64,000 nucleotides of DNA from Minisyncoccota bacterium (GCA_041659785.1 JBAZXO010000003.1:1099-65098); one strand, 5' to 3'; shown: positions 48,898 through 59,623, counted from the first letter of the stretch. The notes: generated from the letters alone by a model not told the origin. Numbers and translations: made by a program.

Positions 48898-50496
48898 TTA
48901 TTTGACGTTGGACGTCTGAGATTCCTGACGTCCAACGTCTGGTTTAAGGATGACCTGATCCCCGTCTGAGAGTCCTGAAACAATTTCAGCTTGACCTAGA
49001 GAAGAAACACTTCCTATTACCACCTCCCTTTCTTCTATATTTTTACCAACTTTTACTTGTACAAATTTTTTACCAGCTTTATCCAAGATAACACCCCCAG
49101 GAACTACTATGACATTAGGTTTATCGAAGGTTATTATTGAAACGTTCGCCGTCATGCCTGATTTTATACGTTCATCTTTTTCATTAAACTGAAGTTTTAC
49201 TTTATAAGTAGAAACTCCGTCTCTTATTGTTTCTGCTGGATCTATCGAAACTACTTTTGCATTAAATAAAACACTACTACCGTATGCATCCAAGGTAACT
49301 TTTGCTTCATTATTTAATTTTATTACAGCAATATTCACTTCAGGGACGAAGCTCTCTATCTGGAAAGTTCCCACGCTCATCATCTGAACCAAGGGAGCAT
49401 TAATGGAAGCAACTTCTCCGACTTTCGCATCTATTTTTGTTATTATTCCGCTAAAAGGCGCAATAATTAATGTCTTTTGCAAACTGGCCCTCGCATTGTC
49501 GACATTTGCTTGCGCGCTTTTCATTTGAGCAATCTGCATATCAATGTCTTCTTTTGTGGCGCCAGCCTGTTCAAGTTTCAAATTATTTTGTTTAGTCGTT
49601 AATTCAGATTGAGCATTTTTATATGAAGTAAAAGCCCCTGATAAATTTGAAACTGAAGTATCTATGGCAAGTCTAGCTGTCGATGTATCAGACTTCCAAG
49701 AACTTGGAATACTGCTACCATTTGAATACGAAGCACTTGGATTATTTGTAATTAAAGAAACCTCTGCCAAGAAATCTTTTAATTTATTCATATTGTTTCC
49801 TACTTCTAAAACATACCTATCTAGATCTGAACTGGAATCTATTTTAGCAATAGACTGTTTCCATAAATTGAGGATATTTCCAATAATAATTCTATCCTGA
49901 TTGACAGAGCCCAGAAGAGAACTATCGCTAACGAATATAACAATAGATGGATTACTTGAAGACGGATTATTGAAAAATTGATCAATCTTATTTTTTATGG
50001 CATCATCTGATTTTGTATATGCATCATTTATTGAATTAATAACACTTTCTCTTGCTTGATTAAAACTAGTCTGTGCACTCAAGACAGAAGATTCAGTAAT
50101 GGCGATTTGTTCACTCCTAGTTCCTAACTGTAAAGACTTCAAATTAAGTTGTTCTTTTTCAAGAATAGCTTCTTTTTGTGCCAGGTCAGCCTGTAAATCT
50201 CCATTTTCAACACTCGACAAAACTGAACCTGCATTTACGGTGTCACCAACTTTAACTCTAACAGAAGACACTCTTCCTCCCTGGGAAAAACCAAGACTAA
50301 CATCACTCGATGCTATGACATGTCCAGAGATAGAAACTTGATTCACAAAATCAGCATGACGGATAGCAACAATTTCTATTGTGTCTTTTTTGTTATTAAA
50401 AACAAAAATTCCACTAATAATTAAAATTGTGATAATAGCATAAATAACGTATTTTTTATCTTTTAAGAAAGACAAAATCTTATTTAAAAAAGTCAT
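48898..50496 (-). CDS. periplasmic adaptor (HlyD/MacA-like membrane fusion protein)
   Basis: N-terminal TM anchor, biotinyl/lipoyl-like hairpin (VKVGDTVNAGSVL), long coiled coil, C-terminal beta-barrel. 532 aa. Confidence 0.7.
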   Translation of the reverse strand: MTFLNKILSFLKDKKYVIYAIITILIISGIFVFNNKKDTIEIVAIRHADFVNQVSISGHVIASSDVSLGFSQGGRVSSVRVKVGDTVNAGSVLSSVENGDLQADLAQKEAILEKEQLNLKSLQLGTRSEQIAITESSVLSAQTSFNQARESVINSINDAYTKSDDAIKNKIDQFFNNPSSSNPSIVIFVSDSSLLGSVNQDRIIIGNILNLWKQSIAKIDSSSDLDRYVLEVGNNMNKLKDFLAEVSLITNNPSASYSNGSSIPSSWKSDTSTARLAIDTSVSNLSGAFTSYKNAQSELTTKQNNLKLEQAGATKEDIDMQIAQMKSAQANVDNARASLQKTLIIAPFSGIITKIDAKVGEVASINAPLVQMMSVGTFQIESFVPEVNIAVIKLNNEAKVTLDAYGSSVLFNAKVVSIDPAETIRDGVSTYKVKLQFNEKDERIKSGMTANVSIITFDKPNVIVVPGGVILDKAGKKFVQVKVGKNIEEREVVIGSVSSLGQAEIVSGLSDGDQVILKPDVGRQESQTSNVK

Positions 50497-50555
50497 ACAA
50501 TATATATTATACTACAAAAAATTTATTCACAAACATAAGAAATCTTTTTAGAGAC

Positions 50556-50936
50556 TTAATTCTCAAAATTAATTTTGAAACCATACATACCCATACCACA
50601 CACACCAGAAAGAGGCTCACCCACTTTCGGTGTACCTAGATCAATTTCTGTCTCTCCATTTTGAGGTAAAATCTTTTGGAAATTAAGGGAATGAATGACT
50701 AGAGATGCTGAACAATCGAAGGTTCCGCTGGTTTGCATTATAAGCTTTGTCGGAATACCTGCTTTCGCTGTAGTAACTTTCGGAGAATAACCACCTCTGG
50801 CATTTACTCTTATGTATTGAACTCCATCTTTTATTTCTACATTCTGTCCATCACTCGAACCTTCCCCACCCATAAAAATAACACCCATAAAAACTACAAG
50901 GCCTAAGGTAACTATTGTTAAAGCTATTTTGTTCAT
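50556..50936 (-). CDS. small secreted beta-rich Cys/Met protein, possible cupredoxin-like metal binder
   Basis: Signal/anchor, then DCSASLVIHSL...GVCGMGMYGF. Location at the end of the copper cluster. Fold assignment speculative. Confidence 0.3.
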   Translation of the reverse strand: MNKIALTIVTLGLVVFMGVIFMGGEGSSDGQNVEIKDGVQYIRVNARGGYSPKVTTAKAGIPTKLIMQTSGTFDCSASLVIHSLNFQKILPQNGETEIDLGTPKVGEPLSGVCGMGMYGFKINFEN

Positions 50937-50957
50937 AAATAAAAAATTAAATCAAAC

Positions 50958-51980
50958 TTAAATACTGAATAATGGATTAATAATACCTACTCCCGCAAGA
51001 CCAGCAAGAAGTGCAAATATACCAAGACCTATTACGACAATACCCGCGGATTTAAAGAAAAGTGGCGCATGTTTCGAATGCGCAAATGATGCTGAACCAA
51101 ATGACACCAATGCAAGCATTGGTAAAGTTCCCAAGGAAAAAGAAAACATAATTAAACATCCAGAAATAAATGATCCACTAGATAATGCAGCTACTTGCAT
51201 TGATTGTGTAAAACCACAAGGCAAGAAAAAAGTGCCCAATCCAATAAGAAGTGGCGCCCAAAAAGCATGTTCTACTTTTCTAAAAAAAGAAAATAAATTA
51301 CTAGGTAATGTAAATGTATTTTTTTTAAATACTCCGACAAGATTAAGTCCGAGTAGAATCATCACGGTAGAAGCGAGCAATCCAAGTATTGCAGAAAACA
51401 TAAAATTTATTCCAATTGCTTTTCCAAGCAACCCAAGAATACCACCGAGCAAAGCAAAACCAAACAATCTTCCAGCATGAAATAAAATGAATGGTTTCTT
51501 CGTTATCCCTTTATCATCTTGTTCTATTTTCGCTGATAAGGATAAAACAAGCCCACCTACTATAGCGAGACAACTAGAAACTGAAGCGATCAGGCCAATA
51601 ATAAAACTCGCTTGTGGTGTTGTCCTACCCCCGATGCCGAGATTGAGAATTCCTGATTTTTGCAACATAAAAAAGAGAGCTAAAAATGCAAGTCCTATGG
51701 GTAAAGCTTTCCAAATTAAATCATCATTTTTAACCTCTGTTATCACTTTCTCCACCGAAAGAGTATATCCATTCCCTTTTATTTTACTCGTAAGAATAGC
51801 AGCCAATTCTTCCGCGCTCTCTTCGCTTTCAGTTTCAATTTCGACAATTTCTTTCTTTAAATCAACATGTGGATTTTTTACAAAATCTTGCCCACCTAAA
51901 ATATCTTCAATCAAGATTTTACATGACGCACAATGAGTTCCAGCAACATGGAATATGTATTTTTTTTGTTTTATTTCCAT
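50958..51980 (-). CDS. HMA-domain (CxxC) fused to polytopic membrane domain, putative metal permease/carrier
   Basis: N-terminal FHVAGTHCASCKILIED (MxCxxC heavy-metal-associated fold), then about 7 TM helices with LPCGFTQSMQ. Confidence 0.5.
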   Translation of the reverse strand: MEIKQKKYIFHVAGTHCASCKILIEDILGGQDFVKNPHVDLKKEIVEIETESEESAEELAAILTSKIKGNGYTLSVEKVITEVKNDDLIWKALPIGLAFLALFFMLQKSGILNLGIGGRTTPQASFIIGLIASVSSCLAIVGGLVLSLSAKIEQDDKGITKKPFILFHAGRLFGFALLGGILGLLGKAIGINFMFSAILGLLASTVMILLGLNLVGVFKKNTFTLPSNLFSFFRKVEHAFWAPLLIGLGTFFLPCGFTQSMQVAALSSGSFISGCLIMFSFSLGTLPMLALVSFGSASFAHSKHAPLFFKSAGIVVIGLGIFALLAGLAGVGIINPLFSI

Positions 51981-52017
51981 TAATTCATACTAGCACAAAT
52001 TTTGTAAATCAGAAATT

Positions 52018-52917
52018 TTATGCCCCGCAACCCACCCCATCCTTCTGTTCTTGTGGTTTTATTTGTGACATTACCTTTTGAATTCCAGAAACACTAGAAT
52101 ATTCAGGTCCTAAAATTTTCTTGGAATCAACTGTATTGAAGTCGACGCCTTGAGATGTCACAAGAGTTTTAATTGCCGCATATTGATCGGGGAACCAGAA
52201 AGTATTTACTTGTAGTGCAACTTTATACATATCTGCCTCAGACACACCCTCTGAAGCCATAAGCTCTAACAATCCAAGCATTGCCATGCCGTGATTGCAA
52301 TCAGGGAAATAAGTAGAATTATTGCAACATGGCCGATAAATGTTTTTTGCCACTCGCTCCACTAAAGCTTGCTGTTCTAATGTAAGAGTTACAAAAGAAT
52401 GCATACTGTAATGATCCATCGCTTTTCCGTTAGATAATGTCCATCCGCCAGTCGAGGCGAAGTTTCCCGCACCACCATATTTGGAATCCATCATCGGACC
52501 ACTTTCAAGAATAGAATTCTTATTTCCTAAACCAAAAGCCCAAAGCATATTTAACACTACTCCGGAGTTTTCAGAATTTATAACAAGGTTTCCATTATCA
52601 CTATCAGTCAATAATTTCTTGTCCGCTTCAGTTAGACCACCTCTCCCCACATATAGATTCTCAAACTTTGTTTGATCTATAACCCCAGCTTTTATCATTT
52701 TAAGACCAGTATCTCCCCATTTTACCGGCAACTCAATATCATTCTGTAGGGAAATTTTATTTTGTGAATTTAATCTCACGGGGTGCCACAAAATTTCTTG
52801 GTTTTTTGATCTTATCGTATAAATAGTAGCTACTAAAATTAAAGCTATTACAATAATAGCACTCACTATTGGAGACAAGTTATTTTCTTTTATTTCATCA
52901 TTTGTTTCGTTTTCCAT
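52018..52917 (-). CDS. membrane-anchored Cys-rich hypothetical protein
   Basis: TM anchor. YRPCCNNSTYFPDCNHGMAMLG motif and C-terminal GVGCGA. Sits inside the copper/redox cluster. Confidence 0.35.
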   Translation of the reverse strand: MENETNDEIKENNLSPIVSAIIVIALILVATIYTIRSKNQEILWHPVRLNSQNKISLQNDIELPVKWGDTGLKMIKAGVIDQTKFENLYVGRGGLTEADKKLLTDSDNGNLVINSENSGVVLNMLWAFGLGNKNSILESGPMMDSKYGGAGNFASTGGWTLSNGKAMDHYSMHSFVTLTLEQQALVERVAKNIYRPCCNNSTYFPDCNHGMAMLGLLELMASEGVSEADMYKVALQVNTFWFPDQYAAIKTLVTSQGVDFNTVDSKKILGPEYSSVSGIQKVMSQIKPQEQKDGVGCGA

Positions 52918-52924
52918 ATTTTTA

Positions 52925-53575
52925 TTATTTTAATTCTCCAATTTTACCGAAGAGCATATCATTTGCTATCGCCATATTAGGATCATCAAATACGTATCGC
53001 ACCACAGCATTTTTATCGAGAACTACATATGTATGCCCAGGCAAAGCTCCTCTGTGCATCGAAGAAACTGTTGTTAACATACTAAGACTCCTAGAAACGT
53101 TCGCACCTGTGTCGAACATAGTTGTGGCTTTCGCAAGCTGTGGCATTTTAGCTATTGCTGTTTGCCAGTCTGTTGCAGAATCAACTACAATTGATATAGC
53201 CTGTATCTGATCGCTGTTGAACCTATTGTCAGCACCGAATGCTGCCATTTGATTCCAACAAGCTGGATAACACATTAAGCCTTCGTTGAAGAACAAGACT
53301 GTATTTTTTCCTTTCAAATCGGCAATTGTAAATACCTTTCCATCTTTATCTGCCAACTGAAAATCTGGCATAGTTTTTCCTATAAGAGAATTTAATGCAT
53401 CACTATTAGCTGCCATCGGCGAACCTCCATGCATATTATCAACGCCAGCAGTATTTAGAGCCTGTTTTTGTTGTATGTTTTCTGGTGAACTTTTGAATAA
53501 GAAATATCCAAATGCTAACACTACAACTGAAACGATAACTATCGTAACCACCAGTGAATTTTTATTTTTGTTCAT
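52925..53575 (-). CDS. thioredoxin-fold (redoxin/AhpC-TSA-like) exported protein
   Basis: Signal/anchor, then KGKNTVLFFNEGLMCYPACWNQ (Cys-x3-Cys in a redoxin-like context). Confidence 0.5.
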   Translation of the reverse strand: MNKNKNSLVVTIVIVSVVVLAFGYFLFKSSPENIQQKQALNTAGVDNMHGGSPMAANSDALNSLIGKTMPDFQLADKDGKVFTIADLKGKNTVLFFNEGLMCYPACWNQMAAFGADNRFNSDQIQAISIVVDSATDWQTAIAKMPQLAKATTMFDTGANVSRSLSMLTTVSSMHRGALPGHTYVVLDKNAVVRYVFDDPNMAIANDMLFGKIGELK

Positions 53576-54431
53576 TTTTTTGTTTGTTAGATTGTTTAAT
53601 AAATAAGTAAGAAATACCGACGACTATCCCGACGAATATAAGTGCCCAAATGTACTCAGGAATCAAAGTAGTAAAACCATTGATTAAACCTAAAAATTTA
53701 GCATTCCATATATTCATTTCTAATTGATAACTTGAATGGCTAAATAACTTATTGCTAAAAGCCAAATAAGTTATATAACTACCCATCAAAAGAAATATTA
53801 ATCCAGAGATTAATTCTGAAATAATAATCCGCCAACTGTAACTACCAATTCTCATTGAGATAGTTTTATTTGCGTTAGTGAATTTATCGGTAAGATTTAC
53901 CTTATCGAGAAACATTGCAATTATAAATAATGGCAATGTCATACCCACCACATAGGCTAAGGTATAAAGCGCGCCCCAGACGATTGTACCGCTTGTGGCG
54001 GATAGCATTAGCACTCCAGCCAACACCGGAGCACAACAAGTCGTGGCTATCGCAGAGAAAATTCCTAGAACATAGATTGACCAAACATTTCTTTTCATTT
54101 CTCCACCACGAACAGAAAAAGGAAGAGAAAATTTCTTACCCAAGAGCATTGTTATGCCAAGTAAGACAAGAAAGATTCCGCCAACTGTAAATATTGTACT
54201 GTGATACTTACTGAATAATTGCGCCAAGAAAGAAGCGCCAAGTCCTATGGGAAGAAATATGGTCAGAATTCCTAGAAAAAATATAAATGTCATAAAGAAA
54301 ATTTTATATTTTTCTCTAAAAATGTTTCCTAGATAAGACGGGAGAAGTACTGTAATACAACACGGGGCAAATAGTGCAGCCACCCCTGCTACGAATGCCG
54401 CTATTAATGATGTTCCTATTAATGTTTCCAT
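53562..54431 (-). CDS. CcdA/DsbD-like transmembrane thiol-disulfide transporter
   Basis: LFAPCCITVLLPSY Cys pair in TM1 and TTCCAPVLAG Cys pair in a later TM, typical of cytochrome-c-biogenesis CcdA family. 289 aa. Confidence 0.55.
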   Translation of the reverse strand: METLIGTSLIAAFVAGVAALFAPCCITVLLPSYLGNIFREKYKIFFMTFIFFLGILTIFLPIGLGASFLAQLFSKYHSTIFTVGGIFLVLLGITMLLGKKFSLPFSVRGGEMKRNVWSIYVLGIFSAIATTCCAPVLAGVLMLSATSGTIVWGALYTLAYVVGMTLPLFIIAMFLDKVNLTDKFTNANKTISMRIGSYSWRIIISELISGLIFLLMGSYITYLAFSNKLFSHSSYQLEMNIWNAKFLGLINGFTTLIPEYIWALIFVGIVVGISYLFIKQSNKQKNEQK

Positions 54432-54559
54432 ATAATTTTTTTGATATATTCCCCACTAGGCGGGGCAAGTTATTAATTTAAGTAAAAAAATAGTAAAAAA
54501 TATCCCTTTGAGGGATATTTAAATAGCACGAAAAAGCGCATGCTTAATACGTGCCAATA

Positions 54560-54952
54560 TTAGAAAGCTGGACTATTCTCTAAGAGAGATAACCACCCAA
54601 TGATTCTATTTTGATAAGAATAGAATTTCTTATTATCAAGATAATATCTCCATTTATAAAAATACTGTTTTTGATTTAAAAAGTTTTCTTTACTGAAAAA
54701 ATATAAAAATATTCCTAACGCAAGAAAAGATAGTAAAAACAATGAAGGAAAAACTACATTTGAAAATTGGTGCCAATCGTTTATATGATCGATGCTATTG
54801 TCGCATACTGAAGAGCCATTTAGAGCATAAGGACAATTTGCCATAGGGGTAGAATTCATGTGGTTAAATTTAAACAAACCAAAAACTCCTATGCCTATGT
54901 ATGCAAGTAAAATAAAAAGACCTATAAATAATTTTGTTTTACGAAAATTCAT
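54560..54952 (-). CDS. hypothetical membrane protein
   Basis: 130 aa, two TM segments. No family recognised. Confidence 0.3.
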   Translation of the reverse strand: MNFRKTKLFIGLFILLAYIGIGVFGLFKFNHMNSTPMANCPYALNGSSVCDNSIDHINDWHQFSNVVFPSLFLLSFLALGIFLYFFSKENFLNQKQYFYKWRYYLDNKKFYSYQNRIIGWLSLLENSPAF

Positions 54953-54954
54953 AT

Positions 54955-55083
54955 TTATTATTTATTGATTTGTTTGAAAAGCCAGATGCCGAGCAAAATC
55001 AAGTCAACCATCACCACCAAGGCGACGATATAACCAAATCCTCCGCCCATCATCCCGCTATATCCATTTCCATAATATCCCAT
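54955..55083 (-). CDS. unannotated 42-codon small ORF: Met/Gly/Tyr-rich N-terminus plus one TM helix
   Basis: MMGYYGNGYSGMMGGGFGYIVALVVMVDLILLGIWLFKQINK, TAA stop 3 nt before the next gene start, immediately downstream of copA. Below the 60-aa ORF-track cutoff. No clear SD. Confidence 0.25.
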
Positions 55084-55122
55084 CATATAATCATTATATC
55101 ATATTATTTATAAATTCGACTT

Positions 55123-57468
55123 TTATAATTTCTTACTTTTAATACGTAATGAATTTCCGACTACCGACACAGAGGACATTGCCATGGCGAACCCTGCAAA
55201 TACCGGTGAAAGCAACCAACCGAATATCGGATAAAACAATCCTGCGGCAAGAGGAATACCAACAACATTATAAAAGAATGCCCAGAAAAGATTCTGCTTT
55301 ATTCCGAGCATTGTTATCCTCGAAAGTTTTATTGCTTTTACAAGCTTTGAAATATCTCCACCGAGAAGCGTAATGCCTGCTGATTCGATAGCCACATCCG
55401 TACCCGTCGCCATGGCAATACCCACATCTGCTTGCGCAAGAGCAGGAGCATCATTTACTCCGTCCCCTGCCATAGCTACAACCTTTCCTTCCGACTGAAG
55501 TTCTTTTATTTTGTTTAGTTTATCTTCCGGCATTGCCTCCGCTACAATTTCATCAATACCAATAAGTTTTGAAATATAGTTTGCTGTATTTTTATTGTCT
55601 CCAGTAAGCATTACAATTTTTATGCCAAGCTTGTGGAGATTTTTCACCGCTTCAATTGCTTCAGGCTTTATAGCGTCAGCTATCATAAATATCCCTAATA
55701 CCGAACTTTTATCTGTGAGAATAACGGGTGTCTTGCCTTCTAATGTTTCTTTCTCTAATAACTCACGATCAAAATTTAATTTTAGATCTTCAACTAATTT
55801 TGTATTACCGGCAAAATATTCTGTACCATTAAATGTTCCTCTTAATCCTTTGCCTTTTATAATTTCAAAATTTGAGATCTCATCGATTTTTATGTTTTTA
55901 CTTGCCCCGCCGTGGCGTGGGTCTTTTGCGTAATTAATTATTGCATGAGCAATAGGATGTTCTGATTTATTTTCCAACATTGTAAGGATTGAAACAATTT
56001 CATTATCCGTTTTATTTGAAAAATTCTTAATTGAAATGAGTTCTGGGCGCCCGTTAGTTAAGGTTCCAGTTTTGTCTACTACGACGACGTTTACTTTATG
56101 CAATTTCTGAAGTGTTGCTGCATCTTTGATTAAAATTCCTTCTTTCGCTCCTTTACCTACACCCACAATAATAGCTGTAGGAGTCGCGAGTCCAAGTGCA
56201 CACGGACAGGCAATAACAAGTATACCTACGAAGGAAACTAAGCCGAAAGAAAGTGCTTGAGAGAAACCTAAATATTGCGTTCCAAGAATAAGCCATAAAC
56301 CAAGCGTAACAATGGCTATGCCTAAAACGATAGGCACAAAAACACTTGATATTTTATCAGCTAATGCCTGTATCGGCGCCTTGCTGCCTTGCGCTTCTTC
56401 TACCATCTTTACTATATGAGCAAGAAGAGTTTCCCCGCCGACTTTTGTCGCCTTAAAAGTAAAAGAACCCGTAGTATTTATCGTCCCAGACACAACATTA
56501 TCACCTTCTTTTTTTTCTACTGGCATCGGCTCGCCTGTCACCATTGATTCATCTACATAAGATACGCCAGATACAACAACGCCATCTACTGGAATTTTGC
56601 CAGCTGGTTTTACTACAATTAAATCTCCATGAACCACTTCTCCTATGGGTATTTCAATCTCTTTCTCATCTCTAATCACAAGAGCTGTCTTTGCTTGTAA
56701 ATTTAAAAGTTTTTCTATTGCATCTCCAGTTTTTAGTTTTGATCGTGTTTCAAGATATTTACCAAGAGTGATAAAAGCGATGACCACGATAGCCACATCA
56801 TAATAACTTTGATTAACATTTAAAAAGGGTTTAAGGCTTTCTTCGAAAGCGCTAAGGATAAAACTATAAAGCATAGCGACAGAAGTACCGAGGCCAATGA
56901 GTGTATCCATGTTGGCTTTTCCATAACGTAAAAATCTGTACAAACCAAGTAAGTATGGTTTCCCCACTACGAACAGAGTATAGGTAGCGAGTATTGGTAA
57001 AAGATGATGGAAAAATTCACTCCAGAAATAAGACATCTCCGTGACAAGGTTAAACCTTGTCAAAATATCCCAAGTCATTACAAAAATACTAATGATGACA
57101 ATAGGAATAAGGGAAAAGAGTTTATTCCTCATTTCTTTTAATTCTGCAAGTTTTTCTTTTTTTGTTTGATTAAGTCCGAGGTGTTCGGCATGTTCACTTT
57201 CACTCATGCCCATTTCGCTCGCAGTCATCTCACCATGATCCATTTTATTATCATCCTGATTTGCAACTATAGTGTAGCCAAGGTGTTCTAATTTCTTATT
57301 AAATTGATCAAGATTCGTTTTACTCTCATCGAAAGAAATTTTTGCATTTTCGGTACCTGGATTAACAGATATATCCTCTACTCCATCAATTTTTTTGACA
57401 GTTCTTTCTATTATACTGGCACATGAAGCACAGTGCATTCCTTTTACATTGTACGTTTCTTTTTTCAT
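55123..57468 (-). CDS. copA: copper-translocating P1B-type ATPase
   Basis: N-terminal [20 protein letters not shown] motif ([12 protein letters not shown]), DKTGTLT phosphorylation site, [10 protein letters not shown] hinge. 781 aa. Confidence 0.9.
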   Translation of the reverse strand: MKKETYNVKGMHCASCASIIERTVKKIDGVEDISVNPGTENAKISFDESKTNLDQFNKKLEHLGYTIVANQDDNKMDHGEMTASEMGMSESEHAEHLGLNQTKKEKLAELKEMRNKLFSLIPIVIISIFVMTWDILTRFNLVTEMSYFWSEFFHHLLPILATYTLFVVGKPYLLGLYRFLRYGKANMDTLIGLGTSVAMLYSFILSAFEESLKPFLNVNQSYYDVAIVVIAFITLGKYLETRSKLKTGDAIEKLLNLQAKTALVIRDEKEIEIPIGEVVHGDLIVVKPAGKIPVDGVVVSGVSYVDESMVTGEPMPVEKKEGDNVVSGTINTTGSFTFKATKVGGETLLAHIVKMVEEAQGSKAPIQALADKISSVFVPIVLGIAIVTLGLWLILGTQYLGFSQALSFGLVSFVGILVIACPCALGLATPTAIIVGVGKGAKEGILIKDAATLQKLHKVNVVVVDKTGTLTNGRPELISIKNFSNKTDNEIVSILTMLENKSEHPIAHAIINYAKDPRHGGASKNIKIDEISNFEIIKGKGLRGTFNGTEYFAGNTKLVEDLKLNFDRELLEKETLEGKTPVILTDKSSVLGIFMIADAIKPEAIEAVKNLHKLGIKIVMLTGDNKNTANYISKLIGIDEIVAEAMPEDKLNKIKELQSEGKVVAMAGDGVNDAPALAQADVGIAMATGTDVAIESAGITLLGGDISKLVKAIKLSRITMLGIKQNLFWAFFYNVVGIPLAAGLFYPIFGWLLSPVFAGFAMAMSSVSVVGNSLRIKSKKL

Positions 57469-57735
57469 TTATTTACTCTTTAATTTATAAATTTTTAAAA
57501 TTTCATTAACTGGCTTACTTTCATCTCCGTGTTTGATTTGATGGATAACGTGCGTGGATAAATGATTTTCCAAAATTAAATCTTCAACTCCAGAGAGAGC
57601 TTTTCTTACTGCACTAGTTTGAGTGATGATATCAATGCAATATTTTTCTTTATCTACCATATCCTCTAGGCCCCTTATTTGCCCTTCAATAATTTTCAAG
57701 CGCCTTAATGCTTTATCTTTTATTCCATGTTTCAT
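57469..57735 (-). CDS. csoR: CsoR/RcnR-family metal-sensing repressor
   Basis: RLKIIEGQIRGLEDMV...YCIDIITQTSAVRKALSGV...HL with conserved Cys/His. Start trimmed to MKHGIK (ATG 57735) because the longer ORF translates the operator palindrome. Confidence 0.7.
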   Translation of the reverse strand: MKHGIKDKALRRLKIIEGQIRGLEDMVDKEKYCIDIITQTSAVRKALSGVEDLILENHLSTHVIHQIKHGDESKPVNEILKIYKLKSK

Positions 57736-57744
57736 TAACCTAGC

Positions 57745-57765
57745 ATATACCCCCTGGGGGTATAT
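57745..57765. promoter_or_regulatory. CsoR-type operator: perfect 21-bp palindrome ATATACCCCC-T-GGGGGTATAT
   Basis: Perfect inverted repeat 10-30 nt upstream of the csoR start. Matches the GC-core ATACCC...GGGTAT architecture of known CsoR operators. Lies in the 52-nt gap between the glmS stop and csoR. Confidence 0.55.
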
Positions 57766-57787
57766 GTCAAGAAGCCACATCTATGTA

Positions 57788-59623
57788 TTATTCCACTGTC
57801 ACGCTCTTAGCTAAATTACGAGGTTTATCTACATCATTCCCCCTCTCTGTCGCTATGTAATACGCTAGAAGTTGCATTGGAACAAAAGCAAGAATTGGAG
57901 TTAACATTTCAAGAGTCTTTGGAATATAAATCACATCATCAGCAATATTTTTTAATTCTTTATTTCCTTCCGTAGTTAATGCAATAACACGTCCTCCACG
58001 AGCTTTAATTTGTTGAATACTACTTTTATTTTTTTCATACATACTATCTATGGGTGCTATAACAAGAGCTGAGAAGTTTTCATCAACAAGAGAGAGAGGT
58101 CCATGTTTAAGCTCAGTCGCATTAATTCCTTCTGCGTGAATATAAGAACATTCCTTAAGTTTTAAAGCTCCTTCCATTGCAGTACCGGCATTATATTTAC
58201 GCCCCAGATAAAAGAAATTTTTACTATTTTTATATTTCTTAGCAAGTTTTTTTATATCACTTTCATTTTTAAGAATTTTTTCAACAAGTGTTGGAAGTTT
58301 TTGTATTTCTTTTATAATTACCTGCCCTTTTGATTTTGAAAGATCCCTCATTCTACCTAAATAAATTGCAAACATAATTTGAAGCAAAACCTGTGAGGTC
58401 GATGCTTTAGTAGAAGCCACAGCCGTTTCTGGTCCTACATGATTATAAATACCAGCATCTACTTCCCGAGCGATACTTGAACCAATAACATTTACAATAC
58501 CAAATGTCATCATATTTTTGCGTTTAGCTTTTTTAACAGCATTTAAAGTGTCAGCTGTTTCTCCAGATTGAGATATAGCTAACAATCCTCCATTTTTGTT
58601 AATCGCTGAAGTACGATAAGTAAATTCTGAGCCATATTCAACTTTAGTTGGAATTCCGGCTAATTCTTCAAAAGCATATTCTCCAATCATCCCAGTAAAA
58701 CGTGCCGTACCCATCGCTGCAATAGTAAGACTCTGGAGATTTTTAAGTTCCTTTTCAAAAACTTCCAATCCACCAAATTTAATATTCCCTTCACTTGCAA
58801 TAAGGTGCCCAGCAATAGTTCTACGCAAGGATTCTGGTTGTTCAAAAATTTCTTTTAGCATAAAATGCTTATACCCACCCTTCTCTATTTCTTCGATTTT
58901 CATTTCAAGCTTTTGAATATAAGGATTTTTGATTTTATTTTGAATTGTTTTAATTACGAGTTTCTTATTTTTAATTATTGCCATTTCCCCATCCTCTAAA
59001 TACACAACTTTGTCTGTATATTCGATAATCGGAGTCGCATCTGAAGCAATAAAAAACTCATCGTTACCAAGTCCAACGACAACAGGACTGCCTACTTTCG
59101 CCACAACAACGGTATCAGGTTCATCTTTTGATAAAACTAAAATTGCATAAGCCCCCACTACTTCGAGAAGTGCTAGACGTACCGCTTCATCAATATTTAC
59201 TTTTGTATTCTTTTTTATATCTTCAATTAAATTTACTAAAACTTCTGTATCTGTATCGCTTTTAAATTTATAACCCTTCTTTATTAAAATTTCTTTTATC
59301 GCGAGATAATTTTCTATGATTCCATTGTGCACGATTACAATTTCTCCCGAGTTTGATAATTGAGGATGAGCATTTCTATCTGATGGAGCACCATGTGTCG
59401 CCCAGCGTGTATGGGCTATGCCAACCGCTCCCAACATATCTCTATTTTTAACAAAATTTTTCAACTCTGCGACTTTCCCTTTTTTCTTATATACAGAAAG
59501 AACACCAGCACCCAAGAGTGCGACTCCAGCAGAATCATAACCGCGATACTCTAAACGCTCTAACCCTTTTATTAGGATTCCATAAGCTTCTCTTTTTCCA
59601 ATATATCCGACAATGCCACACAT
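57788..59623 (-). CDS. glmS: glutamine--fructose-6-phosphate aminotransferase
   Basis: MCGIVGYIG N-terminal nucleophile Cys, two SIS domains, C-terminal ...KSVTVE. 611 aa. Confidence 0.95.
   Translation of the reverse strand: MCGIVGYIGKREAYGILIKGLERLEYRGYDSAGVALLGAGVLSVYKKKGKVAELKNFVKNRDMLGAVGIAHTRWATHGAPSDRNAHPQLSNSGEIVIVHNGIIENYLAIKEILIKKGYKFKSDTDTEVLVNLIEDIKKNTKVNIDEAVRLALLEVVGAYAILVLSKDEPDTVVVAKVGSPVVVGLGNDEFFIASDATPIIEYTDKVVYLEDGEMAIIKNKKLVIKTIQNKIKNPYIQKLEMKIEEIEKGGYKHFMLKEIFEQPESLRRTIAGHLIASEGNIKFGGLEVFEKELKNLQSLTIAAMGTARFTGMIGEYAFEELAGIPTKVEYGSEFTYRTSAINKNGGLLAISQSGETADTLNAVKKAKRKNMMTFGIVNVIGSSIAREVDAGIYNHVGPETAVASTKASTSQVLLQIMFAIYLGRMRDLSKSKGQVIIKEIQKLPTLVEKILKNESDIKKLAKKYKNSKNFFYLGRKYNAGTAMEGALKLKECSYIHAEGINATELKHGPLSLVDENFSALVIAPIDSMYEKNKSSIQQIKARGGRVIALTTEGNKELKNIADDVIYIPKTLEMLTPILAFVPMQLLAYYIATERGNDVDKPRNLAKSVTVE

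Noticed and set aside
57736-57780. N-terminal extension of csoR (MWLLDIYPQGVYARL)
   Set aside because: It translates the operator palindrome. CsoR family proteins start near the MKHGIK position.
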